Origin: Elusimicrobiota bacterium
Lineage (GTDB): Bacteria; Elusimicrobiota; Elusimicrobia; UBA1565
Reading direction: 5' to 3'
Assembly (NCBI GenBank): GCA_043827405.1
Contig: JBDRPD010000054.1
Location: forward strand, 1 to 64,000
Length of the DNA: 64,000 bases
Shown here: positions 48,258 through 59,435 of the stretch, one piece after another
Position numbering within the stretch: the first letter of the stretch is position 1
How the letters are laid out: every line of letters starts with the position of its first letter
Program-made: the position numbers and the translations under genes
The notes under the pieces: generated by a model
The model's input: only the letters and a program-made list of their open reading frames with translations
Database searches by the model: none
What the model was told of the DNA's origin: nothing

Positions 48258-50065
48258 GCTCGGCTCTGCAGCTCCTCCCAGCGCGCCATCAGACGATCCA
48301 CCTCGGCCTGCGCCGCCTCAGCAGCGCGATGGCGTTTCTGCAGCTCGGCCACATCCGTCGCCACCTTAGGGTCCATCAGCGCATTTCGGGCCGCGGCGAG
48401 GAGGGCTTCTGCCTTTTCAATTCGCCCCTCCATTTTATTGAGCTCTTTGCGCTCGGCATGGGTTAGCGTTGAGGCCGGCTTCTTTGACTCCGCGGAGTCA
48501 TTTCCCGCTCTTTGCCGGGCGCGCTGCGCAGCGGCGCGTTCGGCTGTTTGGAGTTCCCATTGGTATAAATCGGCATAATAGCTGTAGCCGCCTGCGCCGT
48601 CTAGGGCTAGGATTCGATTCGATACTCGGTCCAGCAGGAACCGGTCATGCGTCACCAATATTAAGGCGCCCGGGAAATCCAAGAGCGAAGCCTCCAGAAC
48701 CTCCAGCGAAGGGATATCGAGATCATTGGTCGGTTCGTCGAGCAGCAGGATGTCCGCCGGGCGCAGCATCAGGCGGGCGATAAGCACACGCGACTGCTCG
48801 CCGCCGGATAAGCGCTTGAGGGGAAAATTCAGCTTCGACTTGTCGAACAAGAAGCGCGACGCCCAGCCGGCGACGTGGATTTTGCTGTCGCGGTAATAAA
48901 CATGCTCTCCGTTTTCGCACAAGGCCTTGCGCAGCGGCAGTTCCAGATCCAGCTGCTCCCGATGCTGGTCGAATGTCTGCAGCCTGAGTTGGTCGGCATG
49001 CTTTACCGTGCCGGAATCGGGTTCGAGCTTTCCGGACAGGACCTTGAGGAGGGTGCTTTTGCCGCTGCCGTTGGCGCCCAGCAAGCCGAGCTTGTCGCCC
49101 GGCCCGAGCTCCAGGTCGAGCCCGGTGAATAGCGGTCGTCCCCCGAGGCTCTTGCTGACGCTTTTGAACTGCGCGAAGCGCTTGGTCTTTCGCTCGGAGC
49201 CCGAGAAATCGATGGTCGTGCGCCGATCCTGATCATTACGGTACTTGAGTTCACCGAGTTCGTTTATCATTTCGCCGGCGCGCTGGATGCGCGCTTGCTG
49301 TTTGGTGCTCCGGGCCTTGGCCCCGCGCTTAAGCCATTCAATCTCACGCCGCACCAGGTTGCGCATTGAGGCTTCCTTGGCGGATTGATGCGACAGGTGC
49401 TGCGCGCGCTTTTGCAAAAAGGTGCTGTAGTTTCCGTCAATGCTGAAGTGTCCTTCTTTGTAGCGCGGACTCAGCTCGATGATGCGGTTGCTTACGAGCT
49501 CAAGGAAGCGGCGGTCATGCGTGACGACCAGAAAGGAGAAGCTTAGGCCGCGCAGCAGCGTTTCGAGCCAGAGAACGCCTTCGAGATCGAGGTGGTTCGT
49601 CGGTTCGTCCAGCAGCAGCAGCTCGGGCTGTTTGACGATCTGGGCCAGGATGGCGAGTCGTTTGCGCCAGCCGCCCGACAGCTTTGAGACGAGCTGGTCG
49701 GGCTGGGTGAAGCCGGCGTCGGCGAGACCGGCGTCGGCCCGGGTTTCCCGTTCATAGCCGGCGAGGTCTTCGTTCTTCAGGGAGTGCAGGAGCTCTTCTC
49801 TCACCGTCCGGTCGTTGTGCGCGTCCTCGGTTCGGTCCTGCTGGGCCAGGTAGGCGACTTTAAGCCCTCGGCGGCGGACGATTTCGCCTTCGTCGGGCTG
49901 CTCGGACTGCGCGAGGATGCGCAGGAGGGTGGACTTGCCGGTGCCGTTGGGGCCGATGAGTCCGGTCCTCTCGCCTGCGAATAAGCCGAAAGAGAGGTCC
50001 TGGAAAAGGGGCCGCATCGAGAGGGACTTCGCGATGCCTTGAATCGAGATGAGGATGTTGGCCAT
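48254..50065 (-). CDS. uup: ABC-F family ATPase (Uup-like)
   Basis: Two ABC domains ([20 protein letters not shown] and [21 protein letters not shown]), C-terminal coiled coil ending RWEEL. Confidence 0.85.
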   Translation of the reverse strand: MANILISIQGIAKSLSMRPLFQDLSFGLFAGERTGLIGPNGTGKSTLLRILAQSEQPDEGEIVRRRGLKVAYLAQQDRTEDAHNDRTVREELLHSLKNEDLAGYERETRADAGLADAGFTQPDQLVSKLSGGWRKRLAILAQIVKQPELLLLDEPTNHLDLEGVLWLETLLRGLSFSFLVVTHDRRFLELVSNRIIELSPRYKEGHFSIDGNYSTFLQKRAQHLSHQSAKEASMRNLVRREIEWLKRGAKARSTKQQARIQRAGEMINELGELKYRNDQDRRTTIDFSGSERKTKRFAQFKSVSKSLGGRPLFTGLDLELGPGDKLGLLGANGSGKSTLLKVLSGKLEPDSGTVKHADQLRLQTFDQHREQLDLELPLRKALCENGEHVYYRDSKIHVAGWASRFLFDKSKLNFPLKRLSGGEQSRVLIARLMLRPADILLLDEPTNDLDIPSLEVLEASLLDFPGALILVTHDRFLLDRVSNRILALDGAGGYSYYADLYQWELQTAERAAAQRARQRAGNDSAESKKPASTLTHAERKELNKMEGRIEKAEALLAAARNALMDPKVATDVAELQKRHRAAEAAQAEVDRLMARWEELQSRA

Positions 50066-50147
50066 GGCGCTGTTGGGTTTAAAGTTATACAAGTTCGCCG
50101 GCCATTGTGATACGCTTTTCCTACCGGGAGAAGCAGGGGGGTAGCTG

Positions 50148-51716
50148 ATGACGCCGACCGCCGAGAAGCCAAAAGAAATCATCTCCATCAATCCCGCGAC
50201 CGGCGAGGAGGTCGGCCGCATCCAGGGTCTTGGCGCCGATGAGGTCCGCGCCCGCGTCGCTTCCGCCCGCCAGGCCTTCGTTCTTTGGTCGCGAACCTCC
50301 TTCGCCGAGCGCGCCGAGATGGTCCTTAAGATGCGCCGCTACCTGCTCGATCATATCGATGAGATCGCGGAGATTATCTCCAAGGACAACGGCAAGCCGC
50401 GCCTCGAGGCCTTGAGCTCCGAGATCTATCCGATCTGCGACCTCATGAGCTGGTTCGCCGATAACACCGCGCGGCTGCTTAAGCCGAAGCCCGTCGGCAT
50501 CGGGGTGTGGAACCTTTTCCTGCGGCGCTCGGTGATCCATTATGATCCGATGGGCGTCGTCGGCGTGATCTCGCCATGGAACTACCCGTTCTCGATTCCG
50601 CTGGGCGAGATCGTGATGGCGCTCATGGCCGGCAACTGCGTCGTGCACAAGGCCTCGTCGTCTACCCCGTTTGTCGGGAAGGCGATCGCCGACGTCGTTA
50701 ACGCGGGGGGGCTGCCCGACGGGGTCTTTCATGACCTGCCGGGATCGTCGGCGGTCGGTACGGCGATGATCGACGCCAAGGTCGATAAGATCCTCTTTAC
50801 CGGCTCGGTGGGCGTCGGCAGGAAGATCATGGAGATGGCGGCCAAGCATCTTACCCCGGTCTCGCTCGAGCTCGGCGGCAAGGATCCGATGATCGTTTTG
50901 GCCGACGCCGACCTCGACGTCGCCTCGAGCGGCGCGGTGTGGGGCGCTTTCTGCAACTCCGGCCAGACCTGCGCCTCGGTCGAGCGCGTCTACGTGCAAG
51001 AGCCGATCGCCGAGGAGTTCATCCGCCTCGTGGTTGAGAAAACAAAGGCCTTGCGCCAGGGATGCGGGCCGGGCGACGACTGCGACGTCGGCTCGATGAC
51101 GACCGAGGGCCAGCTCAAGGAGGTCGAGGAGCAGATGGAAGACGCCAGGAAGCGCGGCGCCAAGATCCTGACCGGCGGCGAGCGCGACGGGTCCCGTCCC
51201 GGCTGGTTTTACAAGCCGACGGTGCTGACCCATGTCGATCATGGTTTCCGCTGCGTCATGGAGGAGACCTTCGGCCCGACCATGCCGATCATGACCTTTA
51301 AGGACGAAGATGAAGCGGTGCGCCTGGCCAATGATTCGCCTTTCGGGTTGACGGCGAGCGTATGGACGCGCATGACCTCGCGCGGCTTCGCTTTGGCGCG
51401 CCGCATCCGCGCCGGCACGGTGACCATAAACGACTGCGTGTTCACGCATGGGGTGTGTCAGACTCCTTGGGGCGGACCGGGCGACAGCGGCATCGGGCGC
51501 ACGCATTCCTATATGGGGCTCATGGAGGTCGTCGAGCCGCACCATATTCACGTAAACCCGCTCACCTTCCAGAAGAATTTCTGGTGGTATCCCTATGGCG
51601 GTGAGCTCTACGGGCTTCTGAAAAGCCTGACGCGGACGCTGACCAAGGGCGGCTGGTGGGGAATTTTACAGTCGGTGCCGAACCTGATACGCATCGCGTT
51701 GATCAAGAAGCGCTGA
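50148..51716 (+). CDS. Aldehyde dehydrogenase family protein
   Basis: [31 protein letters not shown]. Confidence 0.93.
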   Translation: MTPTAEKPKEIISINPATGEEVGRIQGLGADEVRARVASARQAFVLWSRTSFAERAEMVLKMRRYLLDHIDEIAEIISKDNGKPRLEALSSEIYPICDLMSWFADNTARLLKPKPVGIGVWNLFLRRSVIHYDPMGVVGVISPWNYPFSIPLGEIVMALMAGNCVVHKASSSTPFVGKAIADVVNAGGLPDGVFHDLPGSSAVGTAMIDAKVDKILFTGSVGVGRKIMEMAAKHLTPVSLELGGKDPMIVLADADLDVASSGAVWGAFCNSGQTCASVERVYVQEPIAEEFIRLVVEKTKALRQGCGPGDDCDVGSMTTEGQLKEVEEQMEDARKRGAKILTGGERDGSRPGWFYKPTVLTHVDHGFRCVMEETFGPTMPIMTFKDEDEAVRLANDSPFGLTASVWTRMTSRGFALARRIRAGTVTINDCVFTHGVCQTPWGGPGDSGIGRTHSYMGLMEVVEPHHIHVNPLTFQKNFWWYPYGGELYGLLKSLTRTLTKGGWWGILQSVPNLIRIALIKKR

Positions 51717-51775
51717 AGCGGAAATAAGTCAATAAGTATAATAAGTTGAAGGCCGGTACCAAGAGGGGGAGAGCA

Positions 51776-52408
51776 ATGGCGAAGAATATGGTTTTTTTGG
51801 GACCGCAAGGATCGGGCAAGGGCACGGTGATTGCGAAGATTAAGGACAGCCTCGGCGTCCCGCATATTTCGACCGGCGATATGTTTCGCGCCGCCCTTAA
51901 AGAGGGGACGGAGTTCGGCAACAAGGCCAAGGAGTACATGAACAAGGGAGAGCTCGTTCCGGACGAGGTAACCTGCGGCATGGTCAAGGAGCGGATCGCC
52001 AAGCCCGACTGCGGTGAAGGTTTCGTCCTCGACGGCTTCCCGCGCAACCTGTCCCAGGCCGAGGCGCTTTCCAGGATTACCAGCATCGACAAGGCCGTTC
52101 TCCTGGATGTGCCGGAGGAAGTTTCCCTGAAGCGGCTGACCGGCCGCCGGCAATGCCGCGAGTGCGGAACGATCTTCAACCTCGAGTTTGTCCCGCCCAA
52201 AACCGAGGGCGTTTGCGACAAGTGCCGGGGCGAGCTCTACCAGCGCGACGACGACAAGCCGGAGGCCATCAAGGAGCGGCTGGCCATTTACCAGCGCGAG
52301 ACTTCTCCGATCGTCGACTACTACAAGAACGACGGCGTGCTCGCTTCGGTCGACGGCACGGCCGCCATCAGCGACGTGGTCAAGCAGGTGCTGGCCAAGA
52401 TCGGCTGA
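51776..52408 (+). CDS. adk: Adenylate kinase (zinc-lid type)
   Basis: GPQGSGKGT, STGDMFR, LDGFPR, CRECG...CDKC lid, QRDDD. Confidence 0.95.
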   Translation: MAKNMVFLGPQGSGKGTVIAKIKDSLGVPHISTGDMFRAALKEGTEFGNKAKEYMNKGELVPDEVTCGMVKERIAKPDCGEGFVLDGFPRNLSQAEALSRITSIDKAVLLDVPEEVSLKRLTGRRQCRECGTIFNLEFVPPKTEGVCDKCRGELYQRDDDKPEAIKERLAIYQRETSPIVDYYKNDGVLASVDGTAAISDVVKQVLAKIG

Positions 52409-52410
52409 GC

Positions 52411-53064
52411 GTGACGACGTCCACGCAGGACGCTCTCGAATACTTCGCGGGGCTGCTGCAAAAAAACGAGGCGCACGCGCGCGAACACGGCCACCTCTAC
52501 GCCGTGATGAAGGACGGTCAGCGCCCCAAGATCGTCATCGCGCTGTGCGCCGACTCGCGGATTCAGACCTGCATCTTCGGCAGCGGCCTCGAACTCATCA
52601 ACAACATCTTCGTCGGACGCGACATCGGCAACTGCTACACCGACAGCGAGGGCGCGGTCGATTACGCGGTGCGCAGCCTGGGGGTCCCGGTTCTGTTTAT
52701 TATGGGGCATACCGGGTGCGGCGCGGCGGCGGCGGCCCGCAGCGATTATTCCGCCGCGACTGCGGCCGTGAAGTCGCGTCTTGATAACTTCAAGACCTGC
52801 GGCGATGCCGCCCGCGATCCGCAGGCGAACGTGGACGCCCAGGTGGCGCTGGCGCTCAAGAGGTATGCGCCAGAGGTGGCGGCGGGTGAACTGACCGTTA
52901 TCGGCGGAGTATTCGACCTGCTGGGCCAATACGATGCCCTTCCCGGCAAGGTCTATCTGACCAACTTCAACGGCAGCGCCGATCCCGCCGAAATCCTGCG
53001 CGGGCTGGGCAGGTCCGGCGCCTTCCGGGAGGAACTCCTGGAAGGCTGCGTCAAGCGGCTCTAA
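52411..53064 (+). CDS. Beta-class carbonic anhydrase
   Basis: CADSR and GHTGCG zinc ligands. GTG start after the adk stop. Confidence 0.88.
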   Translation: MTTSTQDALEYFAGLLQKNEAHAREHGHLYAVMKDGQRPKIVIALCADSRIQTCIFGSGLELINNIFVGRDIGNCYTDSEGAVDYAVRSLGVPVLFIMGHTGCGAAAAARSDYSAATAAVKSRLDNFKTCGDAARDPQANVDAQVALALKRYAPEVAAGELTVIGGVFDLLGQYDALPGKVYLTNFNGSADPAEILRGLGRSGAFREELLEGCVKRL

Positions 53065-53945
53065 ATACTGCGCGGCAGCAGCTTTTGCAGCTCGTCGCAG
53101 AGGCTGTCGAGCAGCTTCTTGCGGATGCTCGACTTGCGCCAGTACAGGGCGATTCGGCGTGCCGGTTTGGGCTTGGAGAACGGCGTATAGGTGATCCCGT
53201 CGTTTTTGCGCATGGCCAGCTTGGGGATCAGAGTCATCCCCACGTTCGCCGCCACCATCTGGCGCAAAGTCTCCATGCTGCTGGCGCGGAAATCGGGGAA
53301 CTCGCTGACGTTGACATGCGAGCAGAACTCCAGCGCCTGGTCGCGCAGGCAGTGGCCTTCCTCGAGCAGCAGCAGCTGCTTGCCCTTGATGTCGGAGCGC
53401 TTAAGCGTCTTCTTGTCCGGCCAGCGGTTCGACTTCGCGGTGGCGAGAAAGAACTCCTCCTCAAACAGCAGGCGGTGCTCCAGGAAATCCTCTTTGACCG
53501 GGAGGGCGAGAAATGCCGCGTCGATCTCGCCGTCTTCAAGCCGGCGGATCAGGATGTCGGTCTTCTCTTCCCGGAGGATGAGCTTCAGGGACGGATATTT
53601 TTTCATCAGGCCGGGGACGATGTGAGGAAGGAGGTAGGGGGCCAGGGTCGGGAACAGCCCCAACTTAAGCTTGCCCGAATAGGGGTCCTTGGCGTCGCGC
53701 GTCATGGTTCTTATTTCGTTAGCGCCGCGTAGAACCACCTGCGCGTGGGCGGCGACTTTCTGGCCCAGCTCCGTGATCAGCACGCGCCGGTTGGTGCGCT
53801 CCAGAAGCTTGACGCCTAATTCTTGTTCCAATTTCTTGATCTGCATGCTTAGGGTGGGCTGGGTGGCGAACACCGCCTGCGCGGCCTTGCCGAAATGTTT
53901 ATGCTCGGCTACGGCGACCAGATATTCAAGATCCCTGAGATTCAT
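53061..53945 (-). CDS. oxyR: Hydrogen-peroxide-sensing LysR regulator OxyR
   Basis: MNLRDLEYLVA HTH and GHCLRDQALEFC with both redox cysteines. Confidence 0.92.
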   Translation of the reverse strand: MNLRDLEYLVAVAEHKHFGKAAQAVFATQPTLSMQIKKLEQELGVKLLERTNRRVLITELGQKVAAHAQVVLRGANEIRTMTRDAKDPYSGKLKLGLFPTLAPYLLPHIVPGLMKKYPSLKLILREEKTDILIRRLEDGEIDAAFLALPVKEDFLEHRLLFEEEFFLATAKSNRWPDKKTLKRSDIKGKQLLLLEEGHCLRDQALEFCSHVNVSEFPDFRASSMETLRQMVAANVGMTLIPKLAMRKNDGITYTPFSKPKPARRIALYWRKSSIRKKLLDSLCDELQKLLPRSI

Positions 53946-53957
53946 GCCCCGTCTCCT

Positions 53958-53994
53958 ATAGACTAAATGTATTAATTAAATAGTATCAATTGAT
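53958..53994. promoter_or_regulatory. OxyR binding site
   Basis: ATAG-N7-GTAT-N7-ATAG-N7-TGAT, matching the ATAG-N7-CTAT-N7-ATAG-N7-CTAT consensus, in the divergent intergenic region. Confidence 0.75.
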
Positions 53995-54073
53995 TGGACG
54001 AATAATCAAACTCCGGGTATCATAAAGATGCGGGCGCAGCGAGCGCCGCGACGGATAATCTACGGAGGAACGA

Positions 54074-54514
54074 ATGACCAAAACCAAGGAGCTTCAGGAA
54101 GAGATCGTCGAGAATATGCGGCATTGGCAGAAGATCGAGAGTGGCTCGGTCGCCATGACGGGCACCATTATGAGCAAGACCGATAGTCCGGTTATTAAGC
54201 TGATCATGGAGATCATCCAGCACGACTCGAAGATGCATCACCGCATCCAGCAGCTGATTATCGACAGCCTGCAGAAGGAATCCATTTCCCTGACTCCGGA
54301 AGAGTTGGGCAAGGTTTGGGACTTGATTGAGCAGCATATTAAGATGGAAGAAGAGACTGTCCGGCTTGCTAAAGAGAGCAAGGATGCGCTCAAGGGCCGC
54401 AAAATGATGGTGCAGGAATATCTGCTGGACTACCTGATCATGGACGAAGAGAAGCACGACAAAACGCTGGAGACCCTGGCCACCATCAAGAAGGGGATGT
54501 ATCCCTACGGTTGA
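54074..54514 (+). CDS. Ferritin-like four-helix protein
   Basis: Internal repeat with di-metal-type motifs (KIES...DSKMH and KMEE...DEEKH). RBS GGAGG. Confidence 0.65.
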   Translation: MTKTKELQEEIVENMRHWQKIESGSVAMTGTIMSKTDSPVIKLIMEIIQHDSKMHHRIQQLIIDSLQKESISLTPEELGKVWDLIEQHIKMEEETVRLAKESKDALKGRKMMVQEYLLDYLIMDEEKHDKTLETLATIKKGMYPYG

Positions 54515-54531
54515 TATTGTAGTCTTCTAAG

Positions 54532-55197
54532 ATGACGGCTTCGTTGGGACGCAAGGACTTAGACGATCTTATTATGCAGGGCACCGCGGAAGAGCTCCGT
54601 GGTGCCCTGCTTGATTCCAAGATGCGGGGGAAGCTGCGCCGGCGCATCGTCTCGCTGCTCAACTCCCCCGATCCGGATACCAAGTGGCGGGCCGCTTTGG
54701 CGATGGGCATAGCCGCCGCCGAGGGGGTTCTGCCGGCGGCGAAGGTGGAGCAGCATGTACAGCGCTTCCTGTGGGCGATGAACGATGAGTCGGGCGCCGT
54801 TCCTTTCGGCGTTCCCGAAGCCTTGGGCGAGCTCTTGGCGGCGCGGCCGGAGTTCCAGCGGCGGATTTTGCCGATTCTCGTCTCCTATCTGGTTTCCGAA
54901 GAGATATACCAAACCGGATCGATTCTGGCGGGCGCGATTTGGGCTCTGGGGCGAGTGGGGCTCGAGAGCGAAGACGGCCGCAAGCGGGCGCTTCCCGGGC
55001 TGCGAGCGGCGCTGGGCAGTGCTGCGCCGGAAGTCCGCGGGGCGGCATTATGGACGCTGAAGCGTCTCGGTCTGGGCGCCGAAGTCGGCCCCGAGATTCT
55101 GCCGCTGCGCGAAGACAAGGCGGTGATCCGCCTGCTTGTCGACGGCGAGATTATGAGCTGCGAACTCGGACAGCTTGCGCGCGAGGCGGTTGGATGA
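54532..55197 (+). CDS. HEAT-repeat protein (DVU0298-like)
   Basis: KWRAALAMG, RFLWAMNDESG...GVPEALGE, GAIWALGR. Confidence 0.72.
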   Translation: MTASLGRKDLDDLIMQGTAEELRGALLDSKMRGKLRRRIVSLLNSPDPDTKWRAALAMGIAAAEGVLPAAKVEQHVQRFLWAMNDESGAVPFGVPEALGELLAARPEFQRRILPILVSYLVSEEIYQTGSILAGAIWALGRVGLESEDGRKRALPGLRAALGSAAPEVRGAALWTLKRLGLGAEVGPEILPLREDKAVIRLLVDGEIMSCELGQLAREAVG

Positions 55198-55880
55198 CGC
55201 GCGCGCAAAGCGAGGCGATGCGGCGGGCGATGAAGGCGACGCCGATGTTTTCGGCGCTGGATAATAAATCCCTGGACCGCTTCATTAAGCGGAGCATGTC
55301 CCATTGTTTCCCCGCGGGCGAGGTTATCGTTGAGCCGGGCGAGCGCGCCGACCGTTTTTTTGTCGTCCTCTCCGGGAGCGTCAAGGTCTATAAGATTTCA
55401 CCGCGCGGAGACGAGCAGGTCCTGCATGTCTTCGGCGCCGGAAATACGTTCGGCGAGGCGGCGATGTGGATGGGGGGGAAGTTCCCGGCTTTTGCCGAAG
55501 CCGTGGAAGAAAGCCTGCTGCTGACCGTTCCTCAGACCGTGCTGCGCCAAGCAGTGGCCGATGATCCTGATCTAGCGCTTGGTATTATGGCGGGGCTGTC
55601 GTCCAAGCTGCGGGAGTTTGTACGGCTTATTGAAGACCTTTCACTCAAGGAGGTCCCCGCCCGCCTGGCCGGCGTACTGCTGCAGGAAGCGGAGTCCGCC
55701 GGCGCGAAGAAATTTAGGATGCGTCAGACCAAGCGGCAGCTTGCCGCCCGCATCGGCACCATCGCCGAGACCCTGAGCCGCGCGCTCAAGAAGCTTAAGG
55801 CCGCCGGCCTCATCGATGTGCAGGGGGCCGAGTTTACGATTCGCGACGCCGCGGCGCTCAAGAAGCTCTCCGAGTCCTAG
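55194..55880 (+). CDS. Crp/Fnr family transcriptional regulator (Dnr/HcpR-like, no N-terminal Cys cluster)
   Basis: VLSGSVKVYK, FGEAA, HTH LAARIGTIAETLSRAL. Confidence 0.9.
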   Translation: MTRAQSEAMRRAMKATPMFSALDNKSLDRFIKRSMSHCFPAGEVIVEPGERADRFFVVLSGSVKVYKISPRGDEQVLHVFGAGNTFGEAAMWMGGKFPAFAEAVEESLLLTVPQTVLRQAVADDPDLALGIMAGLSSKLREFVRLIEDLSLKEVPARLAGVLLQEAESAGAKKFRMRQTKRQLAARIGTIAETLSRALKKLKAAGLIDVQGAEFTIRDAAALKKLSES

Positions 55881-57184
55881 CGGCCGCGGAGCACGACGTC
55901 CGATGCACTGTGGTAGGTCGGGGTCTGCTCGCGGTTCTGCAGACGGGCCTCGTCCTGGACCTTGGGCTTGAGATAGTCGTAGAGGCTCTTGGTCGTCACG
56001 CTTCCCCTGCTGTCTTTGGCCTCGCCGTTAAGTCCCTTGAGGAGGAAATAGGTGAAGATGCCGTGGCCTTCTTCCTTGAGCGTGGTCGTGATCTCATTGC
56101 CGGAAGCCGCCGTCAGCAATGTAAGCTTGCCGCTTGGAGCCTGCCCCATATCGATCTGCGTTACCAATGGACGCGCTCCTGCGGCGAGGACCGAACGGCC
56201 TCCGGCGCCGGAAAAACAGGCGTCGAGGGCGACGACGATTTGCTTGGCTTTGAGCCCGTTTAAAGAGGCATAGAGATGTTCTACGGAATAGGCGGTCGTC
56301 TTGAGAAATTGAGCGTCCCCGTCCCATGGGACGAGGTAGGCTTTCCCCGTGGCGGGATCGGGCGCGCCGTGCCCCGAAAAATAGAAGAACACGTTTGAGT
56401 TCGGCTTGACGTTGAGCGGCAGCCACTCTTCCAGATACTTCCGAAGCCCCGTGCGGGTCGCGTTCTCGCCCGTCAGCAGCACCACGTGACGCTGGGGATA
56501 GCCCATCGCGGACAAGTGTCTCGCCATGGCCGCGGCGTCGCGTTCGGCGAACTGCGCAGCGGGAAGGTCTTTGTAGTCGTCGATGCCCACGACAAGAGCG
56601 AAGTCATCCGGACGCTCCGCCAGCTTGAATTTGGGATGGTCCATGTCGGACGTGAATTGCTTCGGGGGCGCGGGATCGGCAGCGACGGGCGCGGGCGTCT
56701 TTCGGGCCAGCCGGGCGGATCTTTTTGCCGCGAGTTCCGAGTAGGCCGGTGTCCCCGGTCCCAGGGCCCGCGCCAGGTCGGCCGCGATGAAGTCTCCGTT
56801 AACGCAGTATTTGTCGAATCCCTTACAGCGCGACTTGCCCGAATAAAGCCTTTTTCTGGTGTAGGCCGAGGTCGCCGTCACGTCCGGAAACATCGCGCTG
56901 GGGCTGAGGGTGAACTTGCCCATATTGTTTGTGATGGAAACGAAGACGTCGACGTCTTGCGCCTGGAAAGATCGGACGGCTTCCACGGAAGCGAAGATGT
57001 TGGCCATCCGCATCTTCTCCGCGGCTTCCTCGTTGAACCCTTCCTCCGGGCGGATGGGAAGAATACCCAGGGATAGATCCACCGGCTCGGGCGGCGGTAA
57101 GCCCGGCTGATGCGGTCCTCCCCCGGCGGCGCAGCCGCATAGGGCCGCGGCAAGCAATACTAGGAAAAACGGGGGGATGTTCAT
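55877..57184 (-). CDS. Caspase-like (peptidase C14) lipoprotein
   Basis: Lipobox-like ALCGC, ALVVGIDDY, FSGHG (His), LDACFSG (Cys), HGIFTYFLLKGL. Confidence 0.88.
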   Translation of the reverse strand: MNIPPFFLVLLAAALCGCAAGGGPHQPGLPPPEPVDLSLGILPIRPEEGFNEEAAEKMRMANIFASVEAVRSFQAQDVDVFVSITNNMGKFTLSPSAMFPDVTATSAYTRKRLYSGKSRCKGFDKYCVNGDFIAADLARALGPGTPAYSELAAKRSARLARKTPAPVAADPAPPKQFTSDMDHPKFKLAERPDDFALVVGIDDYKDLPAAQFAERDAAAMARHLSAMGYPQRHVVLLTGENATRTGLRKYLEEWLPLNVKPNSNVFFYFSGHGAPDPATGKAYLVPWDGDAQFLKTTAYSVEHLYASLNGLKAKQIVVALDACFSGAGGRSVLAAGARPLVTQIDMGQAPSGKLTLLTAASGNEITTTLKEEGHGIFTYFLLKGLNGEAKDSRGSVTTKSLYDYLKPKVQDEARLQNREQTPTYHSASDVVLRGR

Positions 57185-57250
57185 CGCTCCTTGCGCAAAG
57201 ACCACGAACGGATTCGTGACTAGCTTATCAAATGAGATGCCCGTCAGGGC

Positions 57251-59230
57251 TCAACGCCCCGCTTCAGCTTCAGCGCGCTTGCGGCGGAGCTCCCGGATGC
57301 GCTTCACGCGGACATAACGCAGGCGCTTGCGGTCCTGTTCCACGGCGGGCAGCATGTCGCCCAGGACGTTGAGGGCCGTCTGCGCCATGTCCAGGATGCG
57401 GTCGCCGGGGAGGATCATGGTGTAGACCTTGGTGATCTGGCCGGACTCAAGGCCCGTCTGGCGCAGGACCGGTTCGAGCAAGGTGATGTTGGAGGCGGGG
57501 ATGCCGGGCGCGCCCATGGCGATGACGAGGACCGCGAGGGCGGTGTTGAAATACTGCAGCAAGGTCGGCGCCGCGCCGAACATCGATAGGGCGTAAAACG
57601 CCGTCAGGCCCATGTAGAGCGCGGTGCCGTACATATTGAACACCCCGCCCAGCGGCACCACGGTGTTGCGGGTCTTCTTCGAGACGCCCATGGCCTTGAG
57701 GGCTTCCTTCTCGGTCGGCATCGTCGCGCTGCTCGAGGAGAGGCTGAAGCCGACGAGCGCGGCCTTGAGAATCTCCTTGAAGTCCTTGGCGCGCGCGCCG
57801 AAGCCGAAATAGGCGGCCAACAGCACGAGCATGCCGACGGCCATGCCGACGAAGGCGGTGATGTAGTAGCCGCCGAAAGAGCTCAACAGGCCCAGCCCGC
57901 CCGTGGCCATGGACATCGAGAGCAAGGTCGCGATGGCCGGCATGCCCACGATGTCGATGAATCGCGGGAAGACCTTATTGATGAGGTCGGTCGCCTTCTC
58001 TCCCAGCTTGCCGGCTTTCTCGATGAAGGGCGCGGTATGGCTGTTGATCGCAAGCCCGACTGCCCGGTCATAGATGCGGCGCAGCGCTCCCTTCCAGCCG
58101 GGCTTGTATTCGCGATTTACCGAGCCGTCGTTGACGCCGCGCGCGCGCTTGTAGATGAGCGCGGCGGCGGTGAACAGGCCGATGATCGGCAGCATGAACT
58201 GCATGGGGCTAAAGCCCCCGTCCGCCAGGCCGGGGATGGCCGCGGCCGCGAAGCTGGCCGGGTCGACGACCGGCAGCAAGGCCGTCATCGCCATGGTGAC
58301 GCCCGCCGAGATCGCCAGGCCCGCGGCGGTGATAACGAGAAAGCCCAGCAAGGTGCGCGATTCCTTGATGACGCTGTAATGCGCGAAGGACCGGTACACA
58401 TTGAGTCCGATGAAGGGCGCGGCCAGCCAGGGTAAAACGCCGAAAAACAGCCCGGGCATGAAGCTGAGGACCGGAAGCGTGCCGAGGTTGATGCCCGCCA
58501 AGCCCAGGGCGGCGCCTCCGGCGGCCGCGATCAGGAAGCGGTTCTCCTTGAGCATGCGCCAGCGCGAGGAGGGCGTCTTCCCCGGAGCCGGCGTCTTGAG
58601 TTCCGGCGCACTCCCCTTCTTGGCCGGGCCGCGCAGGCGCGAGAGACGGCTCGGCCGTTTATTTCCCGAATCAGCCGGCACCGGAGCGGCAGCGAAGCGC
58701 CGGCCGCTCTTCTCTGTGCCGCCGTCGAACATCGCGGCGAAGCGCTCGGTCTCTTCCCCGCTCACGGAGTCCGCCGCGGCGAGGGCCGATCGCGCCGGGA
58801 CGGCGAGAGCCTTAAGAACCGCGAGCGAAGTGCGCGGCCTTTCACGCGCGGCTTGCTTCCCCGGCGCCGGAATAATCGTTTTCGCTGCGGCACGCGGCAC
58901 GGCAATGCCGGTCCGGAGCGCCGGGGATACGGGAAGGCCCACCCCGATGACGGCCGCGCGCAGCGAAGAAGCCGGTGCGTTGGTCTTCAACTCCAGCGGG
59001 ATGTCAACGGTAGGAAGAACGCTCTTGAGGGACGGGGAGAGGCTCAGCGAAGAGCCGGGAGTCCCGACGAAACTGAGTCCGGCGACACCGCCCACCGCGG
59101 CCGCCGAAACCGCCGCTCCACCCGTCTTGACTGGAACAGTCGCGCGAATCGCCGCGAAGGCTTCCTGACCCTGCGCCAGGATGAGGGAAAAGGAAAGAGA
59201 AGCGGCGAGCAGCCGGCGAAGAATGGGCAT
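57251..59230 (-). CDS. Dicarboxylate/amino acid:cation symporter (DAACS/GltP family) with long N-terminal leader
   Basis: SSSSATMP, PLGGVFNMYGTA, GAPGIP, DRILDMAQTALNVLGD. Confidence 0.88.
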   Translation of the reverse strand: MPILRRLLAASLSFSLILAQGQEAFAAIRATVPVKTGGAAVSAAAVGGVAGLSFVGTPGSSLSLSPSLKSVLPTVDIPLELKTNAPASSLRAAVIGVGLPVSPALRTGIAVPRAAAKTIIPAPGKQAARERPRTSLAVLKALAVPARSALAAADSVSGEETERFAAMFDGGTEKSGRRFAAAPVPADSGNKRPSRLSRLRGPAKKGSAPELKTPAPGKTPSSRWRMLKENRFLIAAAGGAALGLAGINLGTLPVLSFMPGLFFGVLPWLAAPFIGLNVYRSFAHYSVIKESRTLLGFLVITAAGLAISAGVTMAMTALLPVVDPASFAAAAIPGLADGGFSPMQFMLPIIGLFTAAALIYKRARGVNDGSVNREYKPGWKGALRRIYDRAVGLAINSHTAPFIEKAGKLGEKATDLINKVFPRFIDIVGMPAIATLLSMSMATGGLGLLSSFGGYYITAFVGMAVGMLVLLAAYFGFGARAKDFKEILKAALVGFSLSSSSATMPTEKEALKAMGVSKKTRNTVVPLGGVFNMYGTALYMGLTAFYALSMFGAAPTLLQYFNTALAVLVIAMGAPGIPASNITLLEPVLRQTGLESGQITKVYTMILPGDRILDMAQTALNVLGDMLPAVEQDRKRLRYVRVKRIRELRRKRAEAEAGR

Positions 59231-59435
59231 CACGGCATTATAGTCCGATGCCCCGCCTACCATTACCGGCCGAAATGCCGTATCGTTCGCCGCTATCGGG
59301 CCTAGGCCGGATTGGGCCGGTGTGCCTATGACGCTGACCTCGAAAGGGTTCGGTAGGGGCCGATTAAAGATGTTGCTCGTCGTTGATGATTATCGAACTC
59401 CGTGGCTTTGAGTACTCGGCGACAGGCGGTAGATA

